Positions 28,055 through 37,106 of a stretch of 64,000 nucleotides of DNA are shown here, in pieces. This stretch comes from Dehalococcoidia bacterium. GTDB taxonomy: Bacteria; Chloroflexota; Dehalococcoidia; Lucifugimonadales; UBA3495. The stretch is taken from assembly GCA_965204905.1 (NCBI GenBank), contig OZ242042.1, positions 3,382,153-3,446,152 of the forward strand. The letters are read 5' to 3'. The first letter of the stretch is position 1; the number at the start of each line of letters is the position of its first letter. The position numbers and the translations under genes were made by a program. The notes under the pieces are model-generated. The model did no database searches. It was given only the letters and a program-made list of their open reading frames with translations, and was not told the origin of the DNA.

Positions 28055-28765
28055 GTGTTGCTGCATGCCCTCATCCCAGACCCGGCGGCCCTGGCCTCGC
28101 TGGGGCCGTGGCTGGGATTGGCGGCGTTGGGAGTGTTCCACGGGTTGAACCCGGGGATGGGCTGGCTGTTCGCGGTGGCCCTGGCCCTGCAACGGCAACG
28201 GCCGTCGCAACTCTGCACGGCCACGGGATACATCGCCGTGGGACACCTGGCGTCGGTGACGGTGGTGCTGGTCGCGCTGGCGCTAGTGGGGGCGTTCCTG
28301 CCGTTGCGATGGGTCCGCATTGCCGCCGGCGCGATCCTGCTGGGGTTCGGCCTGTTTCGACTCGCGCTCTACTACCGCCATCCCAGGTGGGTTGGGATGA
28401 ACGTGGGCGGGCGGGACCTGATCGCGTGGTCGTTCCTGATGGCAACGGCGCACGGGGCCGGGTTGATGCTGGCGCCGGTGGTGCTGTTGCTGACGGGTCC
28501 GGACGCTGCTGCCGGACTGGCCGGCGACCTGGGCGAGCACGGGGGGTTCCTGTCGCTTTCGGACGCGCCAATCTGGTGGCTGGTCGGCCTGCTGATGCAC
28601 ACGGTTGTCATGCTGGCGACCATGCTGGCTACGGCAGCAATCGTGTACTACCGGGTCGGGCTGGCGTTCCTCCGCAGGGGTTGGATCAACCTGGACCTGC
28701 TATGGGCCGGGTCGCTCGTGGCGGCGGGAGTGATCACGCTGGCCTGGGCAATACTGGGCGGCTGA
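28055..28765 (+). CDS. Membrane protein with His motifs, typically adjacent to SBP56
   Basis: FHGLNPGMGWLFAVAL, GHLASV, MATAHGAGLML, MHT; about six hydrophobic segments. Confidence 0.7.
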   Translation: MLLHALIPDPAALASLGPWLGLAALGVFHGLNPGMGWLFAVALALQRQRPSQLCTATGYIAVGHLASVTVVLVALALVGAFLPLRWVRIAAGAILLGFGLFRLALYYRHPRWVGMNVGGRDLIAWSFLMATAHGAGLMLAPVVLLLTGPDAAAGLAGDLGEHGGFLSLSDAPIWWLVGLLMHTVVMLATMLATAAIVYYRVGLAFLRRGWINLDLLWAGSLVAAGVITLAWAILGG

Positions 28766-28861
28766 ACCGACCGACGACCAGGGTTGACTCACCAGTGCCG
28801 TGGGCATCCACTGAGGCCACCCCTCGGAGCCGTTGGCTCCGAGGCGGCACTTGAAAACGAG

Positions 28862-28890
28862 GTAGGGGCGGGTTTGAAACCCGCCCCTAC
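28862..28890. repeat. REP-like palindrome, GTAGGGGCG family
   Basis: gtaggggcgggttt-g-aaacccgcccctac. Confidence 0.85.
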
Positions 28891-28897
28891 AATACCA

Positions 28898-29623
28898 CTA
28901 CGCTTTCAAATGTTCGGCGAAGAACTCCAGCGTCCGCGGCCACGACCGGTCGGCGGCTTCCTTCTGGTAGCGCGGCCCGGTGAAGTCCATGAAGGCATGG
29001 TCGGCGTCGCGGTACACGTAGAACTGGTGCTGCTTGCCCAGGCGGTTCAACTCTTCGTCGAACTTCCGCATATCGTCCTGAGACGGGTTCTCGTCAACCT
29101 CTCCGAAGTGGAACAGCATGGGGCAGTTGATGTTGGCGGCCAGCTCGAAGGGCGGCGTTTCGCCCGCGCCCCAGGTCACCAGCAGGTTCCCGCCATAGTA
29201 CGGAGCGACCGCGTTGATGTGCGGGTTGCTCGCCGCGCCCAGCCATGCAACCCGACCGCCCATGCAGAAACCGGTGATGCCGATGCGGTCGGACACCGCA
29301 TCGTGGTTGCGCAGCCACTCCACGGTGGCATTGATGTCGGCGACGATGTCGGGGTCGCTGAGCACGTCCCAGGGCCGGGGGCGCGGGTCGGCGTTCATCA
29401 CCTCGTCCGAGTTGCGGTGGTACAGGTTGGGTGCGACGGCGGCGTACCCCTCGCCGGCCAGCCGGTCGCAGATGGTGCGGATGAACTCATCCACGCCGCC
29501 GCCGTGCTGCGATACGATTACTGCCGGGTAGGGGGCAGTGAATCCTGCGCTGCTGCTGGGTACGCTGGCGTACATATCCATTTCGCTGCCGTCAACGGTT
29601 AGCTTTTCCCAGAAACTGGCCAT
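28898..29623 (-). CDS. Dienelactone hydrolase family, copy 1
   Basis: GFCMGG nucleophile elbow, D and HAF catalytic residues; RBS ggagg. Confidence 0.9.
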   Translation of the reverse strand: MASFWEKLTVDGSEMDMYASVPSSSAGFTAPYPAVIVSQHGGGVDEFIRTICDRLAGEGYAAVAPNLYHRNSDEVMNADPRPRPWDVLSDPDIVADINATVEWLRNHDAVSDRIGITGFCMGGRVAWLGAASNPHINAVAPYYGGNLLVTWGAGETPPFELAANINCPMLFHFGEVDENPSQDDMRKFDEELNRLGKQHQFYVYRDADHAFMDFTGPRYQKEAADRSWPRTLEFFAEHLKA

Positions 29624-29642
29624 GGTGATACCTCCTGATTGG

Positions 29643-30560
29643 TTAATACCAGTTATAAGTTGCGTTGGGTCTCTGTGACCAGCCACGCTGTCCCGTGCTC
29701 CGCATTGCCGGGCCGAGGGCTGTCATCTGGCGAGTCCACTCCGTAGTGCCGGCATGATGCCACATACCATGTCCAGGGAACACCCATTCCACGTTGAGGG
29801 TAGCGAGCATAGCCATGGTATCCGCTAAAACCTCCCAGGAGTGCATGGTCTGGTCGGGGAAAACGTCAAGCTCGGCGCGACGCTGGTTCCAATGCAACGC
29901 GTCGCCGGTGAACAACAGGCGGTCGTCGATGTGATATGCCACGTGGCCGCTGGTGTGTCCGGGAGCGGGAATGGACAGTACGCCGGGGGCGATAAGGGTA
30001 GTCTCGTGGCCGGCGGTCAAATCCGTAGCCATAGGAGCGGCGTCGGCGTCAGACTCTCCAATCCAGACCCGCGCGCCGTAACGTTCGGCCCAGCGATCAT
30101 AGTCGGCAACGTCGTCGCGGTGGGTGAGCAGGACGTGAGCGACGCCGCCCAGGTCGTCAACGCTGGCGGCCAACCGGCGGGTGAACCGGGGAGAGTCAAT
30201 CAGCAAGTTGCCTTCGGGGCGAGTCACCAGGAAAGAATGCGCGGCGAATGATGCGAGGGCGTTATTGCCCAGCGCGAACACGCTCTCGGTGATGAGATGC
30301 GGAAAAACGCCGGCCGGCCCGGCGGGTTGTACACGATTGCCTATTGACCTGGTGGGGCAGGCGAAGGCAGCGCGCCACATGGCGGCTTCCTGTTCCATAT
30401 CATCGGGTTGACTGATGACAACGGAACGGCCCGAGGCATCCATACCAATCAGGCCGGGAGCCCAGTTACGAGCAGCGTCGCAACGTATGCAACGGGTGTC
30501 CACGAACCACGGGCCGTCAACATTGTCTGGGTGAGATTGATCTATGCGCGGCATCATCAA
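29643..30560 (-). CDS. MBL-fold hydrolase with an N-terminal ferredoxin-like domain
   Basis: CIRCDAA...CP N-domain; LLTHRDDVAD, PGHTSGH, FTGD and FPGHG MBL motifs. Confidence 0.8.
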   Translation of the reverse strand: MMMPRIDQSHPDNVDGPWFVDTRCIRCDAARNWAPGLIGMDASGRSVVISQPDDMEQEAAMWRAAFACPTRSIGNRVQPAGPAGVFPHLITESVFALGNNALASFAAHSFLVTRPEGNLLIDSPRFTRRLAASVDDLGGVAHVLLTHRDDVADYDRWAERYGARVWIGESDADAAPMATDLTAGHETTLIAPGVLSIPAPGHTSGHVAYHIDDRLLFTGDALHWNQRRAELDVFPDQTMHSWEVLADTMAMLATLNVEWVFPGHGMWHHAGTTEWTRQMTALGPAMRSTGQRGWSQRPNATYNWY

Positions 30561-30586
30561 ACTCCATCAATGTCGGGAAACATGTT

Positions 30587-31327
30587 CTAGTCCTTCAGAT
30601 ACTGGGCAAAGAATTCCAGCGTGCGGGGCCAGGACGCGACTGCGGCTGCTTCGTTGTAACGCCCGCCGGCTGGATTCATAAAGGCATGGTCGGCGCCCTG
30701 ATAGGTGTGGAAGGTGTGCTCCTTCTCCAGGCGGGACAGCTCAGCGTCCAGCTTTTTCATGTCTTCCTGCGACGGGTTTGCGTCGATTTCGCCGAAGTGG
30801 AACAGCATCGGACAGTTGATGTTGCCGGCCAGGTCGAAGGGCGGTGTTTGGCCGGCGCCCCAGGTGGTCATCAGGTTGCCGCCGTAGTAGGGCACGACCG
30901 CCTTGAAGTTAGGGTTGCTGGCGGCGGCCAGCCAGGCCACGCGCCCGCCCATACAGAAGCCGGTTACGCCGATGCGCTCGCTCTGCACCGCATCGTGATT
31001 GAGCAGCCAGTCCACCGTAGCGTTGACGTCGGCGACGATATCAGGATCGCTGAGCAACGTGGCGGGGGCCGGACGCGACCCGCCGGCAGCAGACGCGGCG
31101 ATGGCCTCCTCGCTGTGCCGGTGGTACAGGTTGGGCGCGACGGCGGCGTAGCCCTCGCCGGCCAGCCGGTCGCATATCTCCTGGATGAAAGCGTCAACGC
31201 CGGTGGCGTGCTGCGCCACCAGCACCGCGGGAAACGGCGCGCTGAAGCCGGCGCTGCTCGACGGCACGCTGGCGTACATATCCATCTCAGCGCCATTGAC
31301 GGTAATCTTTTCCCAAAAACTTGCCAT
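30587..31327 (-). CDS. Dienelactone hydrolase family, copy 2
   Basis: GFCMGG, HAF; N-terminus nearly identical to copy 1 (MASFWEK.TV.G.EMDMYASVPSSSAGF). Confidence 0.9.
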   Translation of the reverse strand: MASFWEKITVNGAEMDMYASVPSSSAGFSAPFPAVLVAQHATGVDAFIQEICDRLAGEGYAAVAPNLYHRHSEEAIAASAAGGSRPAPATLLSDPDIVADVNATVDWLLNHDAVQSERIGVTGFCMGGRVAWLAAASNPNFKAVVPYYGGNLMTTWGAGQTPPFDLAGNINCPMLFHFGEIDANPSQEDMKKLDAELSRLEKEHTFHTYQGADHAFMNPAGGRYNEAAAVASWPRTLEFFAQYLKD

Positions 31328-31352
31328 GATTTACGCCTCCAATTCAGTTGTC

Positions 31353-31565
31353 CTAGGAGCTATTACGGTTGCCGCGTTCTTCCCACGCGATCTTGAAAAT
31401 CCAGTTCAGGATAGAACTGGAACCCAACAGGATCAAAGCTCCGCCTATCACGCTGAGCGCCGGTACGCCCCGGAATTCAAACAATGGGAGAAAGACCGCA
31501 TCCATGGCAAGAAACACGATACCCAACAGGTACGTCATCCCCCAAGCAATGCAAAGGTTGTTCAT
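31353..31565 (-). CDS. Small two-TM membrane protein (70 aa)
   Basis: MNNLCIAWGMTYLLGIVFLAM...; the ATG overlaps the upstream stop (ATGA). Confidence 0.55.
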   Translation of the reverse strand: MNNLCIAWGMTYLLGIVFLAMDAVFLPLFEFRGVPALSVIGGALILLGSSSILNWIFKIAWEERGNRNSS

Positions 31566-31756
31566 TTCCCCATATCGACGAACAACTTGGCGGCCAGAAC
31601 CGTGATCGCAAAACCGCATAGCCCCAATAGGAGTCCACCGGAAACGGCGCGCAGAATCCCATCTTCCTGGATTGCCGCATAGGTCAATCCAAATATCGAG
31701 AAGGCAACCATGCCACCGATGACCAGCGTCAAGATTCTGACTAACGTCACATTCAT
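31562..31756 (-). CDS. Small two-TM membrane protein (64 aa)
   Basis: Two hydrophobic helices; coupled to 31353-31565. Confidence 0.55.
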   Translation of the reverse strand: MNVTLVRILTLVIGGMVAFSIFGLTYAAIQEDGILRAVSGGLLLGLCGFAITVLAAKLFVDMGK

Positions 31757-31796
31757 AGGGAAACCTCGTGGACTGGGTTTGCCCCGGCGGTAGCGG

Positions 31797-33131
31797 CTAC
31801 ACCAGCCCCTCCGCTCGTACCTCCGCCAGCGTTGCCTCGAAGGCGGCTAGGGTGGCGTCGATGTCGGCCTCGTTGTGGGTGGCGGACACCAGGAAGGCGT
31901 CGCGGCCCATGATGTCGATGCCGTGGTTCTGCAAGGCGCGCTTGATGCCGGTGACCGCAGCGGACCCAGCGGCAGCCTTGATGCGGCGGTTGACGTCGGG
32001 GCCGAACTCGTGGTCAAAGTCGCCATCGGCCAGCGTGAAGTGGATCATGGACGCGATGCCATAGGCGTGGCCGCTGACCTCCATGCGCGTGAACACCTCG
32101 TTGAGGCCGGCCTTGAGCCGGGCGGCCATGGCATCGGCATGCTCGTTGATCGGCTCGGCGGCGATCATTTCCAGGCAGGTTGCGCCGGCCACGGCGGACA
32201 GCGGGTTGCCGTTGAAGGTGCCGGGATGATAGACGCGCTCGGTGTTGTCCCACTCAGGGTCGCCACGCTGGGCGATCATATCGACAATGTCGGCCTTGCC
32301 GCCGACCGCGCCGCCGGGCAGCGCGCCGGCCACGATCTTGGCCATGGTGGTCAGGTCGGGCGTGATGCCGTAGCGCACCTGCGCCCCGCCGGATGAGGCG
32401 CGGAACCCGGTAACCACCTCGTCAAAGATCAGCACCACGCCGTGCTGGTCGCACAACACCCGCAGACCGGCCAGATAGGTCGGCACGTCAAAGGGAAGCT
32501 GGCCGTAGTGGGCGCCCGTGGGTTCCAGGATGATAGCTGCGATGTCGGAATCGCGCGCCATGGCTTGCTCCACGGCGTTCAGGTCGCCGGCGGGGACGAT
32601 GACCATGCTGCCCCAGGACTCGGCGGGTATGCCGGGAGCCGGACGGTCGGAGCCGGCCATGGCGTAGTCGTGCCAGCCGTGGAAGTGGTCCTGCAACTTG
32701 ATGACCTTGTTGCGCCCGGTGTAAGCACGGGCCAACCGCATCGCCATCAGGGTGGCCTCGGTGCCGCTGCTGTGGAAACGGACGCGCTCGACGGCAGGCA
32801 TAAGGTTCATTATCGCCCTGGCCCAGCGCACCTCCTCATCAGTACATGCGCCCAGGTGGGTACCGCGACGGATCTGATCGGCGACGGCATCGGCGATGGC
32901 GGGATGCGAGTGCCCCAGGATCAGCGCGCCGTGGCCGGAAACGTAGTCGATGTACTCGTGGCCGTCCACGTCCCACTTGCGCGGCCCCTGTCCGTGCGTG
33001 ATGTACAGGGGGAAAGGCTCGGCGTAGCGGTTGTCGTGGGTCACGCCGCCGGGGAAGATGCCCACGGCTTCCCGGTAGCGCTCTGCCGAACCGGGGTGAG
33101 TGTCGATGTACTGTTCCAGAATAGTGGGCAT
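31797..33131 (-). CDS. Class III PLP aminotransferase (GSA-aminomutase-like)
   Basis: WDVDGHEYIDY, SSGTEATLMAMRLARAYTG, IFDEVVTGFR, TMAKIVAGALPGG; own ggag RBS before ATG 33131. Confidence 0.9.
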   Translation of the reverse strand: MPTILEQYIDTHPGSAERYREAVGIFPGGVTHDNRYAEPFPLYITHGQGPRKWDVDGHEYIDYVSGHGALILGHSHPAIADAVADQIRRGTHLGACTDEEVRWARAIMNLMPAVERVRFHSSGTEATLMAMRLARAYTGRNKVIKLQDHFHGWHDYAMAGSDRPAPGIPAESWGSMVIVPAGDLNAVEQAMARDSDIAAIILEPTGAHYGQLPFDVPTYLAGLRVLCDQHGVVLIFDEVVTGFRASSGGAQVRYGITPDLTTMAKIVAGALPGGAVGGKADIVDMIAQRGDPEWDNTERVYHPGTFNGNPLSAVAGATCLEMIAAEPINEHADAMAARLKAGLNEVFTRMEVSGHAYGIASMIHFTLADGDFDHEFGPDVNRRIKAAAGSAAVTGIKRALQNHGIDIMGRDAFLVSATHNEADIDATLAAFEATLAEVRAEGLV

Positions 33132-33581
33132 TTTCTTGCTCCCTTGTGCAGGTTTCTTAGAATGTGCAGGCGAATTGTGCTGGATAGAAGCTGCCGCCGC
33201 CTTGATCTGTTCGACTTGCTCAACAGCAACCAGCATACGGACAACTATTTCGCACAGCCTGTTTTCGCTGGCAGCTACCTCGTCTCCACGGAGATAAGCT
33301 TCGATTATGCTCCGCTCTTCATCGTCAAGGCACTGAATCGCATCCGCAGTATCCGCGGGCAGTTCTGCGATGAGTTCAGCCAAAGATAAGGGGCGTCGTT
33401 GCGGAGGTATCTGCGGATTTTCTTCTCGCGGCAAACCAAGAGTATTCCGTGCTGCTTCCTTCAGCATGGCAACGATTCGTACATATTCCTCATTGCTCAC
33501 CGGAGACCATTCACCGCGTTTGAGCGATTCAATGATCTCGCGTTCCTCATCATCAATGTAAGGATAGTCAATGTGTACCAT
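33132..33581 (-). CDS. Antitoxin-like ORF that runs in frame, without a stop, into the aminotransferase
   Basis: ggaggag-ATG 33581; DDEEREIIESLKRGEW...LKEAARNT resembles antitoxins found downstream of BrnT-like toxins; no stop before 33131. Confidence 0.6.
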
Positions 33582-33861
33582 GGCTCCTCCTTGACAATCC
33601 ATACTGGCGCATTCGTCCACCGTCAGGATAGACTGTCACGAACCGAACCGTGTCATCGTCAATTTGATAAAACGGAACAACGTAAAGATATTCTCGCACC
33701 ATCACCAGAAATAAGTGCTGTCCGGGATAGCGCTCCGGGTTATGATTATGAATGGTGGCAATCAGATTGTTCCGATCAATTTCGATGACAATATCCTCAA
33801 ACGCTATCATCCGCTGCCGACGTATCAAGTAATTCTTGTCATCCGACCATGTAAAAATCAT
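33568..33861 (-). CDS. BrnT/DUF4258-like toxin
   Basis: FTWSDDKN...FEDIV...HNPERYPGQHLFLV...YVVPF...TVYP. Confidence 0.7.
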   Translation of the reverse strand: MIFTWSDDKNYLIRRQRMIAFEDIVIEIDRNNLIATIHNHNPERYPGQHLFLVMVREYLYVVPFYQIDDDTVRFVTVYPDGGRMRQYGLSRRSHGTH

Positions 33862-33936
33862 CGACGCACCACACTCACTAACTATGGGTTATCCACACCA
33901 GCGCACAGTGATTCTAGCACAGCACAGGCCCCGCGA

Positions 33937-35253
33937 TTAATCAGACTCCGCCATCAGCTCAGGCGGCTTTTTGATGAACAGGAAGCACGCCCCCGCCGCG
34001 AAAGCGCAGATGGCGCCGGGCACGATGGCGTAGTCGTAGTTTCCGAATCGGTCGGCGACCCACCCGGCGTACACCGGCGACGCCACCAGCGCCCAGGCGT
34101 AGGCGAAGGTGATGTAGCCGCGCAGCGTGGCGAAACGATCGCGCCCGAAGTATTCGCCCAAGGCCGCCCAGACGATGACACCCGCGCCGTCCATCATGCC
34201 CTCGCACAGGATGAAGGCCAGCACCAGCGTGATGCCCACCGCCGTTTGCCAGTCTCCCAGCCACAGAAACAGGTATCCGATCCCCTCAACCGTCAGGCTA
34301 AAGAACATGATGCCTTTCTTGGATATGCGGTCGCCCAGGTATCCCAACGCCAGGCGGGACACGAAGTTGATGAAGGACATGACGCCGATGAGGTTGGCTG
34401 CCATCTGGGTGCTCATGCCCTTGTCGTCAACCAGGATGGGGAACAGGCTCACCAGGATGCCCAGCGTGGCCGTCTGACGCAGGCCGGCTCCCAGCAGCAG
34501 CAGCCAATAAGCCTGCGTCCGCAGCGCTTCCCGCGTCGTGTAGTCGCGGGTCTCTCGCGGCGCGGCAGAGCCCCGGCCGCTCCGTGTCGTCGGCGGTCGG
34601 GTTGCCCCGTCGGGCAGCAGGCCCATGTCCTCGGGCTTGTTGCGGAACCAGATGCACAGGGGCAGCAGGAAAACCGCGTAAAACCCGCCCGACGCGATCA
34701 AGCCCCACCGCAAGCTCGACTTGTCGATCAGCAGGTTCATGGTGGGGATCAGGGCTAACCCGCCCAGGGACGACACCGCCGCCAGGATGGAGATTGCCAG
34801 GGAGCGGCGGCGCTGGAACCACTGGTTCAGTCCCGCGAAGCAGGCGTGCTGGAAAGCCATGCTGTTGCCCAGTGACACCAGGCCCAGGTAGATGAGCGCG
34901 AACCCCCAGAAGCCGGGTAGCCAGAAAGCCATGATCGCGTATCCGACCACGGCGATGAGCAACGAGGGCACCAGCACGGCGCGGTTGCCCCACTTGTCGA
35001 TAAGCCAGCCGGCGACCGGGCCTTCCAGCCCGCCCTCGGCGCGGGCGATGGAGAAGATCAGGTTGGTCTGGGCCTGGGTTATGCCCAACTGGTCCCGGAT
35101 GGGAATGACCAACACGCCGAACCCGCGAAAGAAAATGCCGCTGGCGAAGAAGGACATCACCGAAGTGATGGCCACCATCCACCAGCCGTAGTAGATCCCA
35201 CCGCCCGGCGCCTGTTGCCGCGTCGCGGCGCCTGTGTTGTCTGATACGGCCAC
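33937..35253 (-). CDS. MFS transporter
   Basis: About 12 TM segments; GWLIDKWGNR and GYLGDRISKK motif-A loops. Confidence 0.9.
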   Translation of the reverse strand: MAVSDNTGAATRQQAPGGGIYYGWWMVAITSVMSFFASGIFFRGFGVLVIPIRDQLGITQAQTNLIFSIARAEGGLEGPVAGWLIDKWGNRAVLVPSLLIAVVGYAIMAFWLPGFWGFALIYLGLVSLGNSMAFQHACFAGLNQWFQRRRSLAISILAAVSSLGGLALIPTMNLLIDKSSLRWGLIASGGFYAVFLLPLCIWFRNKPEDMGLLPDGATRPPTTRSGRGSAAPRETRDYTTREALRTQAYWLLLLGAGLRQTATLGILVSLFPILVDDKGMSTQMAANLIGVMSFINFVSRLALGYLGDRISKKGIMFFSLTVEGIGYLFLWLGDWQTAVGITLVLAFILCEGMMDGAGVIVWAALGEYFGRDRFATLRGYITFAYAWALVASPVYAGWVADRFGNYDYAIVPGAICAFAAGACFLFIKKPPELMAESD

Positions 35254-35391
35254 TGATCAGCCTGGCAGTCGCGCAAAAATTCAACCCGCCAGAGGCGGGT
35301 CAGCGCATAACGGCAATCAGTGTACCCGTTGGCCGGAATCGGGGCAAACGGTGGACTGGCCGGTCAGGGCAGTTGGGCTTCCTCGTCCGCT

Positions 35392-35622
35392 TTAGCGCTC
35401 CGTGTGGCCGTTCCGTCTGGCCAGGCCCGCGCCGCCGGCGAAGCCGACTATCGCCCCTACTGCCGTCTTGACCGTCCAGTCTGCTACCTGAACCAGCGAG
35501 TTCTGAGCCGGTGTCAACTGCTCACCTGAGACCGACGCTACCCACACCAAGATACCGCCACCCATCAGCACCAGAGCAAACAAAATGGCCAGTACCGAAA
35601 CGGAGATAGCTATGCCGGTCAC
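35392..35622 (-). CDS. Small two-TM membrane protein (76 aa)
   Basis: GTG start with ggagg, overlapping the upstream TAG by one base. Confidence 0.6.
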   Translation of the reverse strand: MTGIAISVSVLAILFALVLMGGGILVWVASVSGEQLTPAQNSLVQVADWTVKTAVGAIVGFAGGAGLARRNGHTER

Positions 35623-35798
35623 TACGGCGCGGCCTCCGATTGGCCTTCCCCAGAAGGATCAGTCCGAGCCGCCCGTCGAGAAGGTTCCACGACCCAACGC
35701 ATCCATAAGGCCCAGAACAGTAAACCGATCCCGCCCAATAGCAAAATCACGCCGGCAGCCATCATAATAGCCGCGATGATTAGCGGAAAAGATACCAT
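35622..35798 (-). CDS. Small single-TM protein (58 aa), not in the ORF track
   Basis: ggagg-ATG; MVSFPLIIAAIMMAAGVILLLGGIGLLFWALWMRWVVEPSRRAARTDPSGEGQSEAAP. Confidence 0.6.
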   Translation of the reverse strand: MVSFPLIIAAIMMAAGVILLLGGIGLLFWALWMRWVVEPSRRAARTDPSGEGQSEAAP

Positions 35799-35836
35799 CG
35801 CTATTACCTCCTGCGGCCAGCCGTCCTGCCACCATA

Positions 35837-36013
35837 CTATCGTGATTCTAACACATTCAGGTTACAAGACCGCCCAGCACCCACCTTTGGTAGATCCTCC
35901 CGGTTGATAATCCGATGGAAATACGTAGGGCGGTAGCCGAAGGTGCTTGCCCAAGCGTAGATCCGCAGCATCTCCTCGTGGAATTCAATTCCAAGTCCGT
36001 TTATGACCTCATC
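35837..36013 (-). pseudogene. Possible start-less gene fragment
   Basis: Reads DEVINGLGIEFHEEMLRIYAWASTFGYRPTYFHRII..., which is protein-like, but is bounded upstream by an in-frame stop and has no start codon before the protein-like segment. Confidence 0.3.
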
Positions 36014-36377
36014 GGCCTTTCCCGCACCCGACTACACCCGCAGCAGTTGGCAAGAAGCGTAAATCCAGTGCCATAGGGGCAGGTTCCAACATCTGGATTG
36101 CCTGAACGCTGATTTTTGCGATTAGAGGATTTACATGATTACCGGGCGCTGCCTGTGGCGGGCGGCCTGCTAGACAGCGGGGGCGTTTTATCGGGATGGG
36201 CAGGGTTTTGTTTGATGGCGTTGCTCCTTTGATCGGTGGGGGTTTGGTGGATGCTTGATTCGGATGATCGGTAAAGGGTCGGGAGGTTCAGGATCGTCGG
36301 CGCTACGGCCAGAGCGTGGTATGCGATATTGCGTCCTAGACTTCCGCGTGCTGACCGTATTGGTCGATGAGGGATTT

Positions 36378-36417
36378 CCCCCTCACCCTAACCCTCTCCC
36401 GCCAGGGGAGAGGGGAC
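36378..36417 (-). repeat. REP-like element, CCCCTCTCCC family (inverted copy)
   Basis: Reverse complement is gtcccctctcccctggcgggagagggttagggtgagggg, matching 20107-20146. Confidence 0.8.
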
Positions 36418-36716
36418 TTGCGGCCCTCGCGGAGCGGTGGTGACACCCGCCGTACCGGTCTCGGCCATGACGATGAATAGGTCGTCCTCAGGCGCGAGCC
36501 GGCGTTGCATGTAAATCCGACTTGGTTTGACCGTGGTGTTGCGCCGGGGCGCAACGTGAATCCTGAACCTCTGCTGACCCGATTTTGGATTTGGCCGGTG
36601 TCGGGCGTTGGGCCGTGGCCATGGGCCTTTTGCCTGACGTAGAGTATAGTGTAGAGAACGTGTGTACGGTATTGCAAGGGGCGGGTGTCAGTGGTTTGGC
36701 GAGGTGGACTTATCGG

Positions 36717-37106
36717 TCAGGCCGGTTGGGCTTCTTCAATGATTACATCGCCGCCGTCCCAGGCATCCATTGCAATCCGGCTGCCTTCCAGCAGTTCCAT
36801 CCCCAGCAAAGGCTGGTCAATGGACTCAAAGACCTCAACGGCGAGAGTGCGACCGTGCCATCTCACCGACGTTCGGTAGTGTTCGAAATTTTCTTCGCTG
36901 CCGCTGGTGACGATGGCTTGATGCTGGCCCACATGGGTCAGTCCCAGTCCGCTGATGTCCGTTGCTGGAAGCACCAACCATCCGGTAAATCCAGTGTCAA
37001 GGATGACATCGTGCTCCCGATAATCTCCGTTAGCGTCCATCACCGGCAGGGTGATCCATGCTTCCAAGCCTCCCTGTTCGTTGCGCTCGACCCGACCACT
37101 AATCAC
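36717..37106 (-). CDS. Clan AA (retropepsin-like) aspartic protease
   Basis: VILDTGFTGWLVLP catalytic DTG motif and PLLGMELL flap motif. Confidence 0.85.
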   Translation of the reverse strand: MISGRVERNEQGGLEAWITLPVMDANGDYREHDVILDTGFTGWLVLPATDISGLGLTHVGQHQAIVTSGSEENFEHYRTSVRWHGRTLAVEVFESIDQPLLGMELLEGSRIAMDAWDGGDVIIEEAQPA

